Virus record (IMG/VR): IMGVR_UViG_3300036795_000069
Span: 1-51,570 of that record
Source: a virus
Taxonomy: Duplodnaviria; Caudoviricetes
Strand: one strand, 5' to 3'
Length of the DNA stretch: 51,570 nucleotides
This document shows, one piece after another, positions 1 through 7,668 of the stretch (its first letter is position 1; each line of letters begins with the position of its first letter). A program made the translations under genes and the position numbers. The notes under the pieces are model-generated. The model had not been told where the DNA came from, made no database searches, and saw nothing but the letters and a program-made list of their open reading frames with translations.

Positions 1-127
1 TAATTATACATCAACCGAAGCGTGGTCCGCAAGACCTACAAGCTAAAGCTTTGCTAAAATCAGTCTCGCTAGTGTCTCGGAGCTGGAGTTGATGTTGGTG
101 TTGGTGTTGGTGTTGGTGTTGGTGTTG
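1..127. repeat. Terminal overlap identical to 51444-51570 (circular assembly, complete genome)
   Basis: The first 127 nt match the last 127 nt exactly; 127 is a common assembler k-mer length. Confidence 0.95.
3..32 (-). promoter_or_regulatory. SigA-like early promoter for the 50888..51394 gene (same site as 51446-51475)
   Basis: - strand GGTC-TTGCGG-N18-TATAAT-TA. Confidence 0.75.
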
Positions 128-135
128 GTGTTGAC
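88..135. repeat. (GTTGGT)6 hexamer microsatellite with GTTGAT and GTTGAC flanks
   Basis: Read directly; non-coding, just downstream of the stop codon at 139. Confidence 0.95.
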
Positions 136-138
136 GCT

Positions 139-486
139 TTACCGCTCGGGAAACAGCTCGCTACCTGACTTGTTCATCAGGTAGATATCGGCGCCACCGC
201 TACCCAGGAACTCGACCAGCTCGTCCCAGAGGTAGTGCTTCGGGTTACGCGGCCCTGTCGTGTACCAGTGACCATTCGTACGGATGGCTGCGTAGTTGTA
301 CGTCGTCGTACTGTTCGGAAACACCTTGTTGAAGCCGATCACGTCACCATCGATGAACGGATCTTCCCACGGAAAGCGATCGAGCCGACGAAGCTCACGG
401 TCGATTCGAGCCTGCTCGGCCATCAGCATCTGCCTGCGGTTCATGTTGTCCTCCTGGTTGTTGTCCCAGTAGCTCATTGTTGTCAC
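139..486 (-). CDS. Hypothetical protein
   Basis: 115 aa; overlaps the helicase stop by 4 nt; GAGGAG RBS. Confidence 0.75.
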   Translation of the reverse strand: MTTMSYWDNNQEDNMNRRQMLMAEQARIDRELRRLDRFPWEDPFIDGDVIGFNKVFPNSTTTYNYAAIRTNGHWYTTGPRNPKHYLWDELVEFLGSGGADIYLMNKSGSELFPER

Positions 487-2024
487 TCCTCTGACATGTT
501 ACGGATTGACTCAGGATCGCCGAGCATCTTCTCGATCCACGACCACTTCTTGTCGATCCTTTGATGGCGACCTAAGTCCACTGTGTTCGGTGCAATCAGG
601 TCGATGATCTGGACGTTGTGCTTCTGTCCAATGCGGTCCACACGATCCTCTGCCTGCCTATTGACACTTGGACTCCAGTCCCTGTCAAGGAAGATGACCG
701 TCGACGATGCGTGAAGGGTGATACCCACTCCCCCCGCCTTAATAGTGCCAATGACGCAACGGGTCTTGGAGTGCTGGAAGTCCTCCACACCTTGATCACG
801 TTCACTCTGTGGTGTGTTGCCAGTAAGAGCGAAGTGCGTGATCCCTCTAGCCGCCAAGCGGGCTCCAAGGAGATCGATCGCCCCCCGGTACTGGCTGAAG
901 ATGACGAACTGTTTGTCATCAGGTGCATCCTCCAGTATCTGTAGTACAGTGTCAATCTTGCTAGATGGGTCTGTCAGTACAACCTTCTGCCGGATCTCGT
1001 ATCCACGAGGATCAGGCTTGACAAGGTTGTACTTCTCAGCCAAGGCTTTGTTCCATACCCTGATCTCTTCAATGTCACCAGGGTATGCAACGCCTAGTTG
1101 CTGTAGGCGTACGAGCTGCGCCACTACAGCTTGCGCCATCAGTGGTGTTAGTTCGTCACCCTTCGACTCCTTCTTCTTGGTACTTACCCAAGCGATGAAG
1201 TCAGACTTCATCTCGTCGTACGCACGCCTCTGCTGTGGACTCAGAGGTACATACATCCGAGTGTAGTACTTATCCGGAAGCTCCAGCGCGATCGCAGGAT
1301 CCCTCTTCAGTCGCCTGCGGTACTTACCCTCCAGAAAGGCGTGCAGCTCGTCTACGTTCTTCACGCCCTTGACCTTACGATACCCCTGTCCACCTTGGTA
1401 TGCAACTTCGTATTCCAGGTGGTGCTCGTAGAACTTCCAGTACGAGGTGTACACAGTAGGCCAAAGCCAGTTGAGTATCGACCATAGATCTTGTGGGTGG
1501 TTGTCGGCAGCTGTACCCGACATCGCCGTACGCCAGAAGCAGCGTATCCGCTTCAGTGCACGTGTCTGCTGTGCCTTACGATTCTTGGCACGGTGCACCT
1601 CATCCGCGATCACGTGGAACCACTTGGTCTCGGCGAAGGTACTGTCAGTCATCAGACCACGCAATGATTCCCAATGGCACACGAAGTACCCGTTGGGGTT
1701 CTGCTGTATGGCGTTGATGAACTTGCGCCGCAGTACTGCTGGCTGCTGTGTACCTTGTAGCGTTACCACAGGTACATCAGTGGTGGCTCTAAGAGCTCGT
1801 GCCCAAGTCTCGACCATCGAGCCAGCTGGGCACACAACTAAGGTTCTGGCGCTCCTGTTGCGACGTCGCATCTGGTCAAGGGCAATACCTTCATAGGTCT
1901 TACCCAAGCCCATATCGTCACCGACCAAGCAGCTTCGAGCAGGTGCTAGCTCGTCCACCAGTTCCTTCTGAAAGTCGTACAACGTCATACCTGATGGCGC
2001 GTGGTACGTTGGCGCTTTAGGCAT
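483..2024 (-). CDS. SNF2-family SF2 DNA helicase
   Basis: DDMGLGKT (Walker A), DEVH, MSGT, GGVGITL and QAEDRVDRIGQ motifs. Confidence 0.95.
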   Translation of the reverse strand: MPKAPTYHAPSGMTLYDFQKELVDELAPARSCLVGDDMGLGKTYEGIALDQMRRRNRSARTLVVCPAGSMVETWARALRATTDVPVVTLQGTQQPAVLRRKFINAIQQNPNGYFVCHWESLRGLMTDSTFAETKWFHVIADEVHRAKNRKAQQTRALKRIRCFWRTAMSGTAADNHPQDLWSILNWLWPTVYTSYWKFYEHHLEYEVAYQGGQGYRKVKGVKNVDELHAFLEGKYRRRLKRDPAIALELPDKYYTRMYVPLSPQQRRAYDEMKSDFIAWVSTKKKESKGDELTPLMAQAVVAQLVRLQQLGVAYPGDIEEIRVWNKALAEKYNLVKPDPRGYEIRQKVVLTDPSSKIDTVLQILEDAPDDKQFVIFSQYRGAIDLLGARLAARGITHFALTGNTPQSERDQGVEDFQHSKTRCVIGTIKAGGVGITLHASSTVIFLDRDWSPSVNRQAEDRVDRIGQKHNVQIIDLIAPNTVDLGRHQRIDKKWSWIEKMLGDPESIRNMSEE

Positions 2025-2208
2025 GTTCTGCGACCTTCACCTGTCTTGGCAGTACGCGCACAATGCGTGGCCCTGAGAACAACGGGCCTCCCTCGATGCG
2101 TACTAGCACGTGCTTGATCCCGACGAAGTTTCGCTTGTATCCGACTATCTGACCCAAGCATCCTCTGAAGGGTATGGCTGTAATCATTACAGTGGGTTCC
2201 TTGTTCAT
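2017..2208 (-). CDS. Small hypothetical protein (KOW/SH3-like)
   Basis: AAGGAGGT RBS; PFRG.LGQIV motif; overlaps the helicase start. Confidence 0.7.
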   Translation of the reverse strand: MNKEPTVMITAIPFRGCLGQIVGYKRNFVGIKHVLVRIEGGPLFSGPRIVRVLPRQVKVAEHA

Positions 2209-2314
2209 GTCTACACCTCCTTTACTGAGCTAACGAAAGTAACCCCCAGCGCTAGTACACAACACCACAGAGCGAACGCAGTGGTGTGTACTAACACAAC
2301 CGGGTTGCTTAAGC

Positions 2315-2689
2315 CTAAGACAGGTATTGATCTTCTCCTTCGTCTGTGGTCTGGTTGTAGGTGCGCATGTCTGTGAGGATGTCTTCGTCGATCGCACCGT
2401 TGCGTCGCTTGGCTGCATAAATGGGATTGGTTGGATCTTGCATGTAGCGGTGCAACAGAGCTAGGTGTCTTTGTTGTGTCTTGAGATATGGCTTGCAACC
2501 CAACCACACAAGTGGGAGACCAATTGGTGCGCCAATGACTGTGGCGGTGAGTGCTGAACCCAGTACGACGAGGGGGAGCCCAGCGGTGATCGCGAGGCCA
2601 CTTCTGACGGCGTAACGTAAGGCGTACTGTCGCTTGGTGTGCCTGCCGTCGATTGAGACTTGGTGCTGAACATGGCTGATATGTGACAC
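2315..2689 (-). CDS. Membrane protein with two hydrophobic segments
   Basis: GGAGGAA RBS before the GTG at 2689; LVVLGSALTATVIGAPIGLPLVWLG. Confidence 0.65.
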   Translation of the reverse strand: MSHISHVQHQVSIDGRHTKRQYALRYAVRSGLAITAGLPLVVLGSALTATVIGAPIGLPLVWLGCKPYLKTQQRHLALLHRYMQDPTNPIYAAKRRNGAIDEDILTDMRTYNQTTDEGEDQYLS

Positions 2690-2844
2690 AGTTCCTCCGC
2701 GTGCCGAGCACATACTGGAATGTACGCACGTTCTAGTTCTGACCAGTAGAGGTACTCAGCCACTTGTCGTTGAGTGATGTCTGATGTACACTCGGAGTGT
2801 TCGAGTGAGGATGTGTGCTGCATGGCACATAACCTGAGGCTCAT
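2461..2844 (-). CDS. Hypothetical Cys/His-containing protein (3' half overlaps the 2315-2689 gene)
   Basis: Start abuts the 2847 stop with an AAGGGG RBS; the N-terminal ~55 aa look real and the rest may be read-through overlap. Confidence 0.45.
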   Translation of the reverse strand: MSLRLCAMQHTSSLEHSECTSDITQRQVAEYLYWSELERAYIPVCARHAEELCHISAMFSTKSQSTAGTPSDSTPYVTPSEVASRSPLGSPSSYWVQHSPPQSLAHQLVSHLCGWVASHISRHNKDT

Positions 2845-2846
2845 GA

Positions 2847-3095
2847 TCAGAACCCCTTACCTTTGATCCTCATGTCGCGTCGGGGAAGGAAGTTCTGGAC
2901 CTCACAGGCGAAGAACTTGTGCCCTGCTGGACATCCCCAGATGATGGCTGCCTGAGCGGTACGATCCTGAGTGATCTTCTTGATGGGGTCTGCGTCGTGA
3001 AGACACCTCATCGTTGGACACTTTGTAGTGGCCACTGTGTGCTCGTTGGTGTGGTCTGGTCGTGCTGGACCGTTCCAGAACTTGATTGTGGTCAT
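2847..3095 (-). CDS. Small Zn-ribbon-like protein
   Basis: CPTMRC...CPAGH; AGGGGG RBS; first gene after the promoter at 3147-3176. Confidence 0.7.
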   Translation of the reverse strand: MTTIKFWNGPARPDHTNEHTVATTKCPTMRCLHDADPIKKITQDRTAQAAIIWGCPAGHKFFACEVQNFLPRRDMRIKGKGF

Positions 3096-3146
3096 TGTGA
3101 CCCCCTTGTTGCAATGAATGTAGACGCTATTGGCGCCTTATGGATA

Positions 3147-3176
3147 ATTATATCACAGTAACCTGTTGCAAATCAA
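3147..3176 (-). promoter_or_regulatory. SigA-like early promoter
   Basis: GGGC-TTGATT-N18-(TGA)TATAAT-TA. Confidence 0.8.
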
Positions 3177-3272
3177 GCCCCAAGTTGCTGAGATATAATG
3201 GTCCATACCCTTAGACCAACCATTGCCTCTTCGGTTATTAAGAGACACACCGCCTGGTCCAGGTCGGCCCGG

Positions 3273-3364
3273 TAGTCCACGTCCGAGCATTGAGTTATAT
3301 ATATCATTAGGATCTTTATATATATGTATGATATGAAAGATGTTAGACGTGTGACGTAGGACTA
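3273..3364. other. AT-rich core flanked by an inverted repeat; candidate replication origin or terminus region
   Basis: TAGTCCACGTC ... GACGTAGGACTA enclosing two TTATATATAT tracts. Confidence 0.35.
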
Positions 3365-3449
3365 TGTTGTGTTAAGATTATAGAGACCCCCTTGATTTCC
3401 TAAGAGGGCACTTAACTGGGAAAACCTACCTAACACACACAATAAACAC

Positions 3450-3478
3450 TTGCTATTTTTAGGGCTTTATGATATAAT
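3450..3478 (+). promoter_or_regulatory. SigA-like promoter giving a leaderless transcript for the 3485 gene
   Basis: C-TTGCTA-N17-(TGA)TATAAT; ATG 6 nt after the -10; no SD. Confidence 0.8.
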
Positions 3479-3484
3479 TGATGT

Positions 3485-3754
3485 ATGGTCAACTTATCTG
3501 AAGTCCCAGAGAAGTACTGGTGCGTGCGTTGTCCCAAGGTCGGCCGTACGGGCATCTGGCGGAACCTAAAAGCCGCTGGCATGAGTTACTGCCGCGTCTG
3601 TTACCGCGAATACCAGCGGGATCAGTACCAGCTGCGCAAATACCGCGAGGCCGAAATCGACGTCGAAGGTATAGAGGCTACCCTGGCGAGGGTTCGCGAA
3701 GAGGAAGAGTACTTTGACGACCTCATCGAAAAATACGAACCCCCGCCCGTCTGA
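3485..3754 (+). CDS. Zn-finger-like protein (CxxC...CxxC) with an acidic tail
   Basis: CVRC, CRVC; leaderless start. Confidence 0.75.
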   Translation: MVNLSEVPEKYWCVRCPKVGRTGIWRNLKAAGMSYCRVCYREYQRDQYQLRKYREAEIDVEGIEATLARVREEEEYFDDLIEKYEPPPV

Positions 3755-3820
3755 ACGCGCTCTGGAGTTGTCAAGGTTCATCTGTTCGATGGGCTTTGGT
3801 TCCCCTCTGCCCTATCTACG

Positions 3821-3874
3821 TGGGAGCTGAGGGACTCGAACCCTCATTGTTGGCCCTACGGTTTCTATACTCCC
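3821..3874 (-). ncRNA. tRNA-like minihelix (acceptor plus T-arm, no D or anticodon arms)
   Basis: GGGAGT...GAGGG-TTCGAGT-CCCTC-AGCTCCC-A. Confidence 0.5.
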
Positions 3875-3888
3875 TGTGGTGCTGTACC

Positions 3889-3987
3889 CTACTTCGCGGG
3901 GGTTTGGGGCTGTTGGGGTTTAGCCCACCCCTCACCCTTCGGCTTCGGTTGATCCGGATTATGTGGGTGCCATTTGCAGTCGCACAT
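3889..3987 (-). CDS. 32-aa small protein MCDCKWHPHN...
   Basis: GGGGA RBS; ORF read by eye, below the track cutoff. Confidence 0.5.
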   Translation of the reverse strand: MCDCKWHPHNPDQPKPKGEGWAKPQQPQTPAK

Positions 3988-3996
3988 TTCGTTCCC

Positions 3997-4206
3997 CTAC
4001 TTTCCCGGTGTGACTACGTACCACGCTCCGTTGCGGTAATCTACCCTACCGCACGCGAACTGTCCGCTGTCCTCTGTCGGTGCCTTACATAGCTGGACTA
4101 CGTGGGACGTACTAGGCGTGTGGTTATCCTGTACGTAGTTACCTAGTAGACCCCCTACTCCTAGGGCTACTACCCCTACGATACCTACCGTCGTCTTGTG
4201 GTTCAT
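3997..4206 (-). CDS. Small membrane-anchored or secreted protein
   Basis: N-terminal hydrophobic helix; Cys pair; AAGGGG RBS. Confidence 0.7.
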   Translation of the reverse strand: MNHKTTVGIVGVVALGVGGLLGNYVQDNHTPSTSHVVQLCKAPTEDSGQFACGRVDYRNGAWYVVTPGK

Positions 4207-4245
4207 GTAGACCCCTTAGGTCTAGTAGTGGTGTATCTTACTACG

Positions 4246-4292
4246 TGGGTATGGGGGGACTTGCACCCCCCTAGGGCTTGGTTACCCTACCC
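4246..4292 (-). ncRNA. Second tRNA-like minihelix
   Basis: GGGTA...GGGGGG-TGCAAGT-CCCCCC-ATACCC-A; same CCCACGTAG 3' flank as the 3821 element. Confidence 0.45.
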
Positions 4293-4299
4293 TACCGTA

Positions 4300-4587
4300 C
4301 TACTCGGTCTCGCTGGCCACCATCTCCTCGACGCTCTTGTTGGCCTTCTCCTCCCGAGCCTCCGTGAGGCGGTCCTGCTTCGTGGTGTACTTCTCGTACC
4401 ACGTCACCAGGTTCTCCTCCGCGATCCGCCCATCGTTGTCGCACTCGATGAGGGGTGCCTTGCCCTTGGCGATCCGGGCCTTGGTGTAGTTGTAGAACAT
4501 CTGGGCCGGGAGCACCTTGTCGCGTCCCTCGCTGGCGAGCCACTCGTTGACAACCTTCGCAGCCTTGTAAGCGGTGTAGTTCGACAT
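4300..4587 (-). CDS. Xis/MerR-like HTH DNA-binding protein
   Basis: AAGGAG RBS; PAQMFYNY motif shared with the 48701 and 50888 proteins. Confidence 0.65.
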   Translation of the reverse strand: MSNYTAYKAAKVVNEWLASEGRDKVLPAQMFYNYTKARIAKGKAPLIECDNDGRIAEENLVTWYEKYTTKQDRLTEAREEKANKSVEEMVASETE

Positions 4588-4870
4588 TTCCTTACTCCTT
4601 AAAATGTTTGGTTTTTGTTTTCCTTATAACTATATTTTACAGCAACCCCCCGCGGAAAAAAATCGCCGTGGGGTATACACAGACAGTCATGCATTTTAAT
4701 GTTGTGCTGTCTCGTAACATTGTGTGCTATTATATAACGCCGTGTTGCCCTTCCGATCGGTTCACGTATACAATCAGGTAACGCTAGAGCGTTCAGCACA
4801 TACTACAAGTCCTAGATGGCTCGTGGTTTTGTCTGGTATATATTATTACATACGTGAGGAGCGAGTCGAC

Positions 4871-5302
4871 ATGAGCTTCGACGATGATGAGTACACGACC
4901 GCCAAGAGGAATGGTTCAGGCACTCCGGCTTCTCAGGAGTGGATCCCTGATGAGGCTCTTGCCAACCTGAACCTCGAGAAGGACGTACGTTCGTCTGATC
5001 CCACTGATCCCATCAACTCGCCCGAGGAGCTCGCCAAGTCGGTGTTCCGTGAGGGCGCTCCGATGGCTGCGATGTCAATCGTGCACATGGCGACCAACGA
5101 GCCCAACGCGAACACTCGTCTTCGGGCTGCTCAGTACGTGACTGAGCGGGCTCTAGGCTCTCTGACGAACCCTGTTGCTACCGACAAGGGCAACCCGTGG
5201 GATGAGATCCTCGGAGACATTGTCAAGGACACCACGGAGGAGGAGCTCATCCAGCAGGCTCGTGCGACTCTAAGCTCCAACTCCAAGGGCGAGGACCTCT
5301 AA
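4871..5302 (+). CDS. Probable terminase small subunit
   Basis: First late gene; GAGGAG RBS; helical RLRAAQYVTERALG motif; function is inferred. Confidence 0.5.
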   Translation: MSFDDDEYTTAKRNGSGTPASQEWIPDEALANLNLEKDVRSSDPTDPINSPEELAKSVFREGAPMAAMSIVHMATNEPNANTRLRAAQYVTERALGSLTNPVATDKGNPWDEILGDIVKDTTEEELIQQARATLSSNSKGEDL

Positions 5303-5385
5303 GCCACGTCACACACGACATACTCCCTGTGGGGTTGTGATCAGGCAAGCAAGCGAGTCTCAACTAAGTCTAAAGGTTGGGTAGG

Positions 5386-5631
5386 ATGGCGGATCTAGCG
5401 AGCGTTGCTCTAGTCATCACGGCGACAGGCTCGGCTATATCCGGTATCATTCTAGCCATTGCCCAGTTTCGCGAGAGTCGTAGTGATGACGAGACGAAGG
5501 CACGAAGGCTTAGGCAGAAGGCTGATCGCCTCGATAGGCGTGCTCACAGGCATGATGACGAGGATGAGAACAGATTAAACATCGTCGAGTTTCATGGATA
5601 CGCCGATCCTCTGGAATGGTTGTACGCATGA
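5386..5631 (+). CDS. Holin-like membrane protein
   Basis: N-terminal TM helix followed by a charged tail; lies in the lysis cassette. Confidence 0.6.
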   Translation: MADLASVALVITATGSAISGIILAIAQFRESRSDDETKARRLRQKADRLDRRAHRHDDEDENRLNIVEFHGYADPLEWLYA

Positions 5632-5870
5632 CACCTACTAGGCGTAAGGCATTGGCAATAGCTGTAGCGACCATCTTGGTTTCTGTGGCACTCATTGCCG
5701 CTGGTTGGGTCATTACGAACAACAAGGTGAATGCTAACCAGCATGAACAGAACCACAAGTTCTGCGCCTTCCTGCGTAAGATCGACTACCCTCGTCCAAG
5801 TACTGGAGCGGCTGATAAGTTTACCACGGCGCTTCGGGAGTACGAGAAGGAGATCGACTGTAATGACTAA
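5628..5870 (+). CDS. Single-TM lysis-cassette membrane protein
   Basis: One TM helix, C-terminal Cys pair; ATGA overlap. Confidence 0.65.
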   Translation: MTPTRRKALAIAVATILVSVALIAAGWVITNNKVNANQHEQNHKFCAFLRKIDYPRPSTGAADKFTTALREYEKEIDCND

Positions 5871-6708
5871 ACGCCCTCCGTTGCCAACGAGGACAACGGT
5901 TCACAGGGGTGCAAGCGTTGCCTTCCCTGTGTTCATGCTCTTGTTCTTCCTCACGAGTTTGTACTTCGGCTTCGTGAAGGTACCTGAGTTGGCGTTTAGG
6001 TTGGGTCAGCAGACGATTTCCAGTAAGCAGCAGGGTGCAAAGCTCGCGGCGAATGGCCTATCTCCGGTAGGTCCTTCGCCTGAGCTGATTCAGGATGGTA
6101 AGGCGACAGCGGATCCCACGAAGCTAGCTCCGACTACACCAGCACCGACGTACATATCAGTACCGGGATCTCCGGGTACTAATGGTACGAATGGCAAGAC
6201 GCCGACTACTGCACAGTTGAAGCAGCTGATTAGTCAGTACCTTAAGGCTAACCCACCGCAGCCTAACGTAACGGCAGCTCAACTAACGCCGATCGTCAAG
6301 GCGTACGTGGTCAGTTACTTCAGGGCCAACCCGCCACCGAGTGGTGCTACTGGGAAGAAGGGCGACAAGGGTGACACTGGAGCTGTAGCGTCTCCGTTGC
6401 CACCTTTGAGTCCCAGTGATGCTCAGGTGTTTGCTCAGGTATCGGCATACCTCGCAGCTAACCCACCGGCGAGTGGTGCAGATGGTAGCCCCGGAGCTCA
6501 GGGTTCGCCTGGGGCTCAAGGTTCTCCAGGTGCACCTGGCTCGGATGCTCCAAAGGAAGTTGCCAAGGAGATCAAGAACAACGGTGACGGAACCTGTAAC
6601 GAGGTGACGACGTTGTCTGATGGAAGTAAGATTACGACGAACGCGTACAACTGTTCACCACCACCTACTCAGACATCCACGCTACCCAGTGTGGCACCGT
6701 CAACGTAA
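5863..6708 (+). CDS. Membrane-anchored collagen-like repeat protein
   Basis: TM helix, G-X-Y tracts and three (AQ...Y..ANPP) repeats. Confidence 0.8.
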   Translation: MTKRPPLPTRTTVHRGASVAFPVFMLLFFLTSLYFGFVKVPELAFRLGQQTISSKQQGAKLAANGLSPVGPSPELIQDGKATADPTKLAPTTPAPTYISVPGSPGTNGTNGKTPTTAQLKQLISQYLKANPPQPNVTAAQLTPIVKAYVVSYFRANPPPSGATGKKGDKGDTGAVASPLPPLSPSDAQVFAQVSAYLAANPPASGADGSPGAQGSPGAQGSPGAPGSDAPKEVAKEIKNNGDGTCNEVTTLSDGSKITTNAYNCSPPPTQTSTLPSVAPST

Positions 6709-6716
6709 GGAGCATC

Positions 6717-6848
6717 ATGGACGAAGAGACCGTCGAGACGGATGAGCCAACTCTCGACACGCATGTACACGACACGGAGGCTGCAGAGCACGCTGCTCCG
6801 GAAGACCTCGACACCTCGGAGGTAGACTCGGATGAAGGCCCTAGCTAA
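6717..6848 (+). CDS. 43-aa highly acidic peptide
   Basis: AAGGAG RBS; MDEETVETDEP...; overlaps the endolysin start. Confidence 0.55.
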   Translation: MDEETVETDEPTLDTHVHDTEAAEHAAPEDLDTSEVDSDEGPS

Positions 6849-7653
6849 GCTGCTGGACTACTCCAGTGGCGTGCCTAGTGCTCTAAGTGTCAAGAACGCT
6901 GGGTATGCAGGAGCGATCCGATACCTGCACAAGCGTAACCCGAGCGGTGTGCACGTACTCGGAACCACTGAGACGAAGGACTACTTCGCCAACGGTCGTC
7001 AGCTGGCTCTAGTGTACGAAGACACCTCGCCGAGTCGTGCAAGTCAAGGTACCTCGGCTGGTAACGTCGACTCTCAGTGGGCAATGGATCAGGCAGTCGC
7101 TGCTGGCATTCAGAGTCCTCGTGGCGGATACTTCGCTGTCGACTACGATGCAGTCCCCGACACGATCTATCCGTACTTCGAGGGTATTGCCAACAGGATC
7201 GGTGTATCACACTCCTGGGCTTATGGCAGCTACCGAGTGATCGAGGGTCTGTTCGCAGAGGGCCTTATCACCAAGGGTTGGCAGGCTCGAGCGTGGTCAC
7301 ACGGTCTTATGTCCACCAAGGCGTGCCTATACCAAGACATCGGTACGGTGTACGTCGGTGGCGTTGGATGTGACGTCGACTACGCACTCATGGCAGATTG
7401 GGGTCAGCACCCCTACGCTGCAGCTCCTCCCGTTACCCCTACTCCGCCTGCACCTCCTATTACAGAACAGGACGAAGAGATGACTTGGATCGCCAAGCCT
7501 ACCACGAAGGGCACCTACCTACTCGTCATGCCGTTCGCCGTTACCGTACTCGCTGACGGCACGTCGATCAGCAACCTGGAGAATGACCTTGGCATCAAGG
7601 CCACTACTCTCTCGGACGGCGACTTCGCTCGCCTCAAGGCTCTCGTCAAGTAG
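6832..7653 (+). CDS. Endolysin (DUF1906/GH25-like muramidase, Pro linker and C-terminal domain)
   Basis: LLDYS, GAIRYL, LVYE, YFAVDYD, AYGS and WQARAWS motifs. Confidence 0.85.
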   Translation: MKALAKLLDYSSGVPSALSVKNAGYAGAIRYLHKRNPSGVHVLGTTETKDYFANGRQLALVYEDTSPSRASQGTSAGNVDSQWAMDQAVAAGIQSPRGGYFAVDYDAVPDTIYPYFEGIANRIGVSHSWAYGSYRVIEGLFAEGLITKGWQARAWSHGLMSTKACLYQDIGTVYVGGVGCDVDYALMADWGQHPYAAAPPVTPTPPAPPITEQDEEMTWIAKPTTKGTYLLVMPFAVTVLADGTSISNLENDLGIKATTLSDGDFARLKALVK

Positions 7654-7668
7654 TAAGGAACATACCGA

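Noticed and set aside
4599-4870. ORF 4599-4799 and the upstream extension of the 4871 gene to 4724
   Set aside because: This is an AT-rich divergent regulatory gap with no RBS; the ATG at 4871 has a clear SD.
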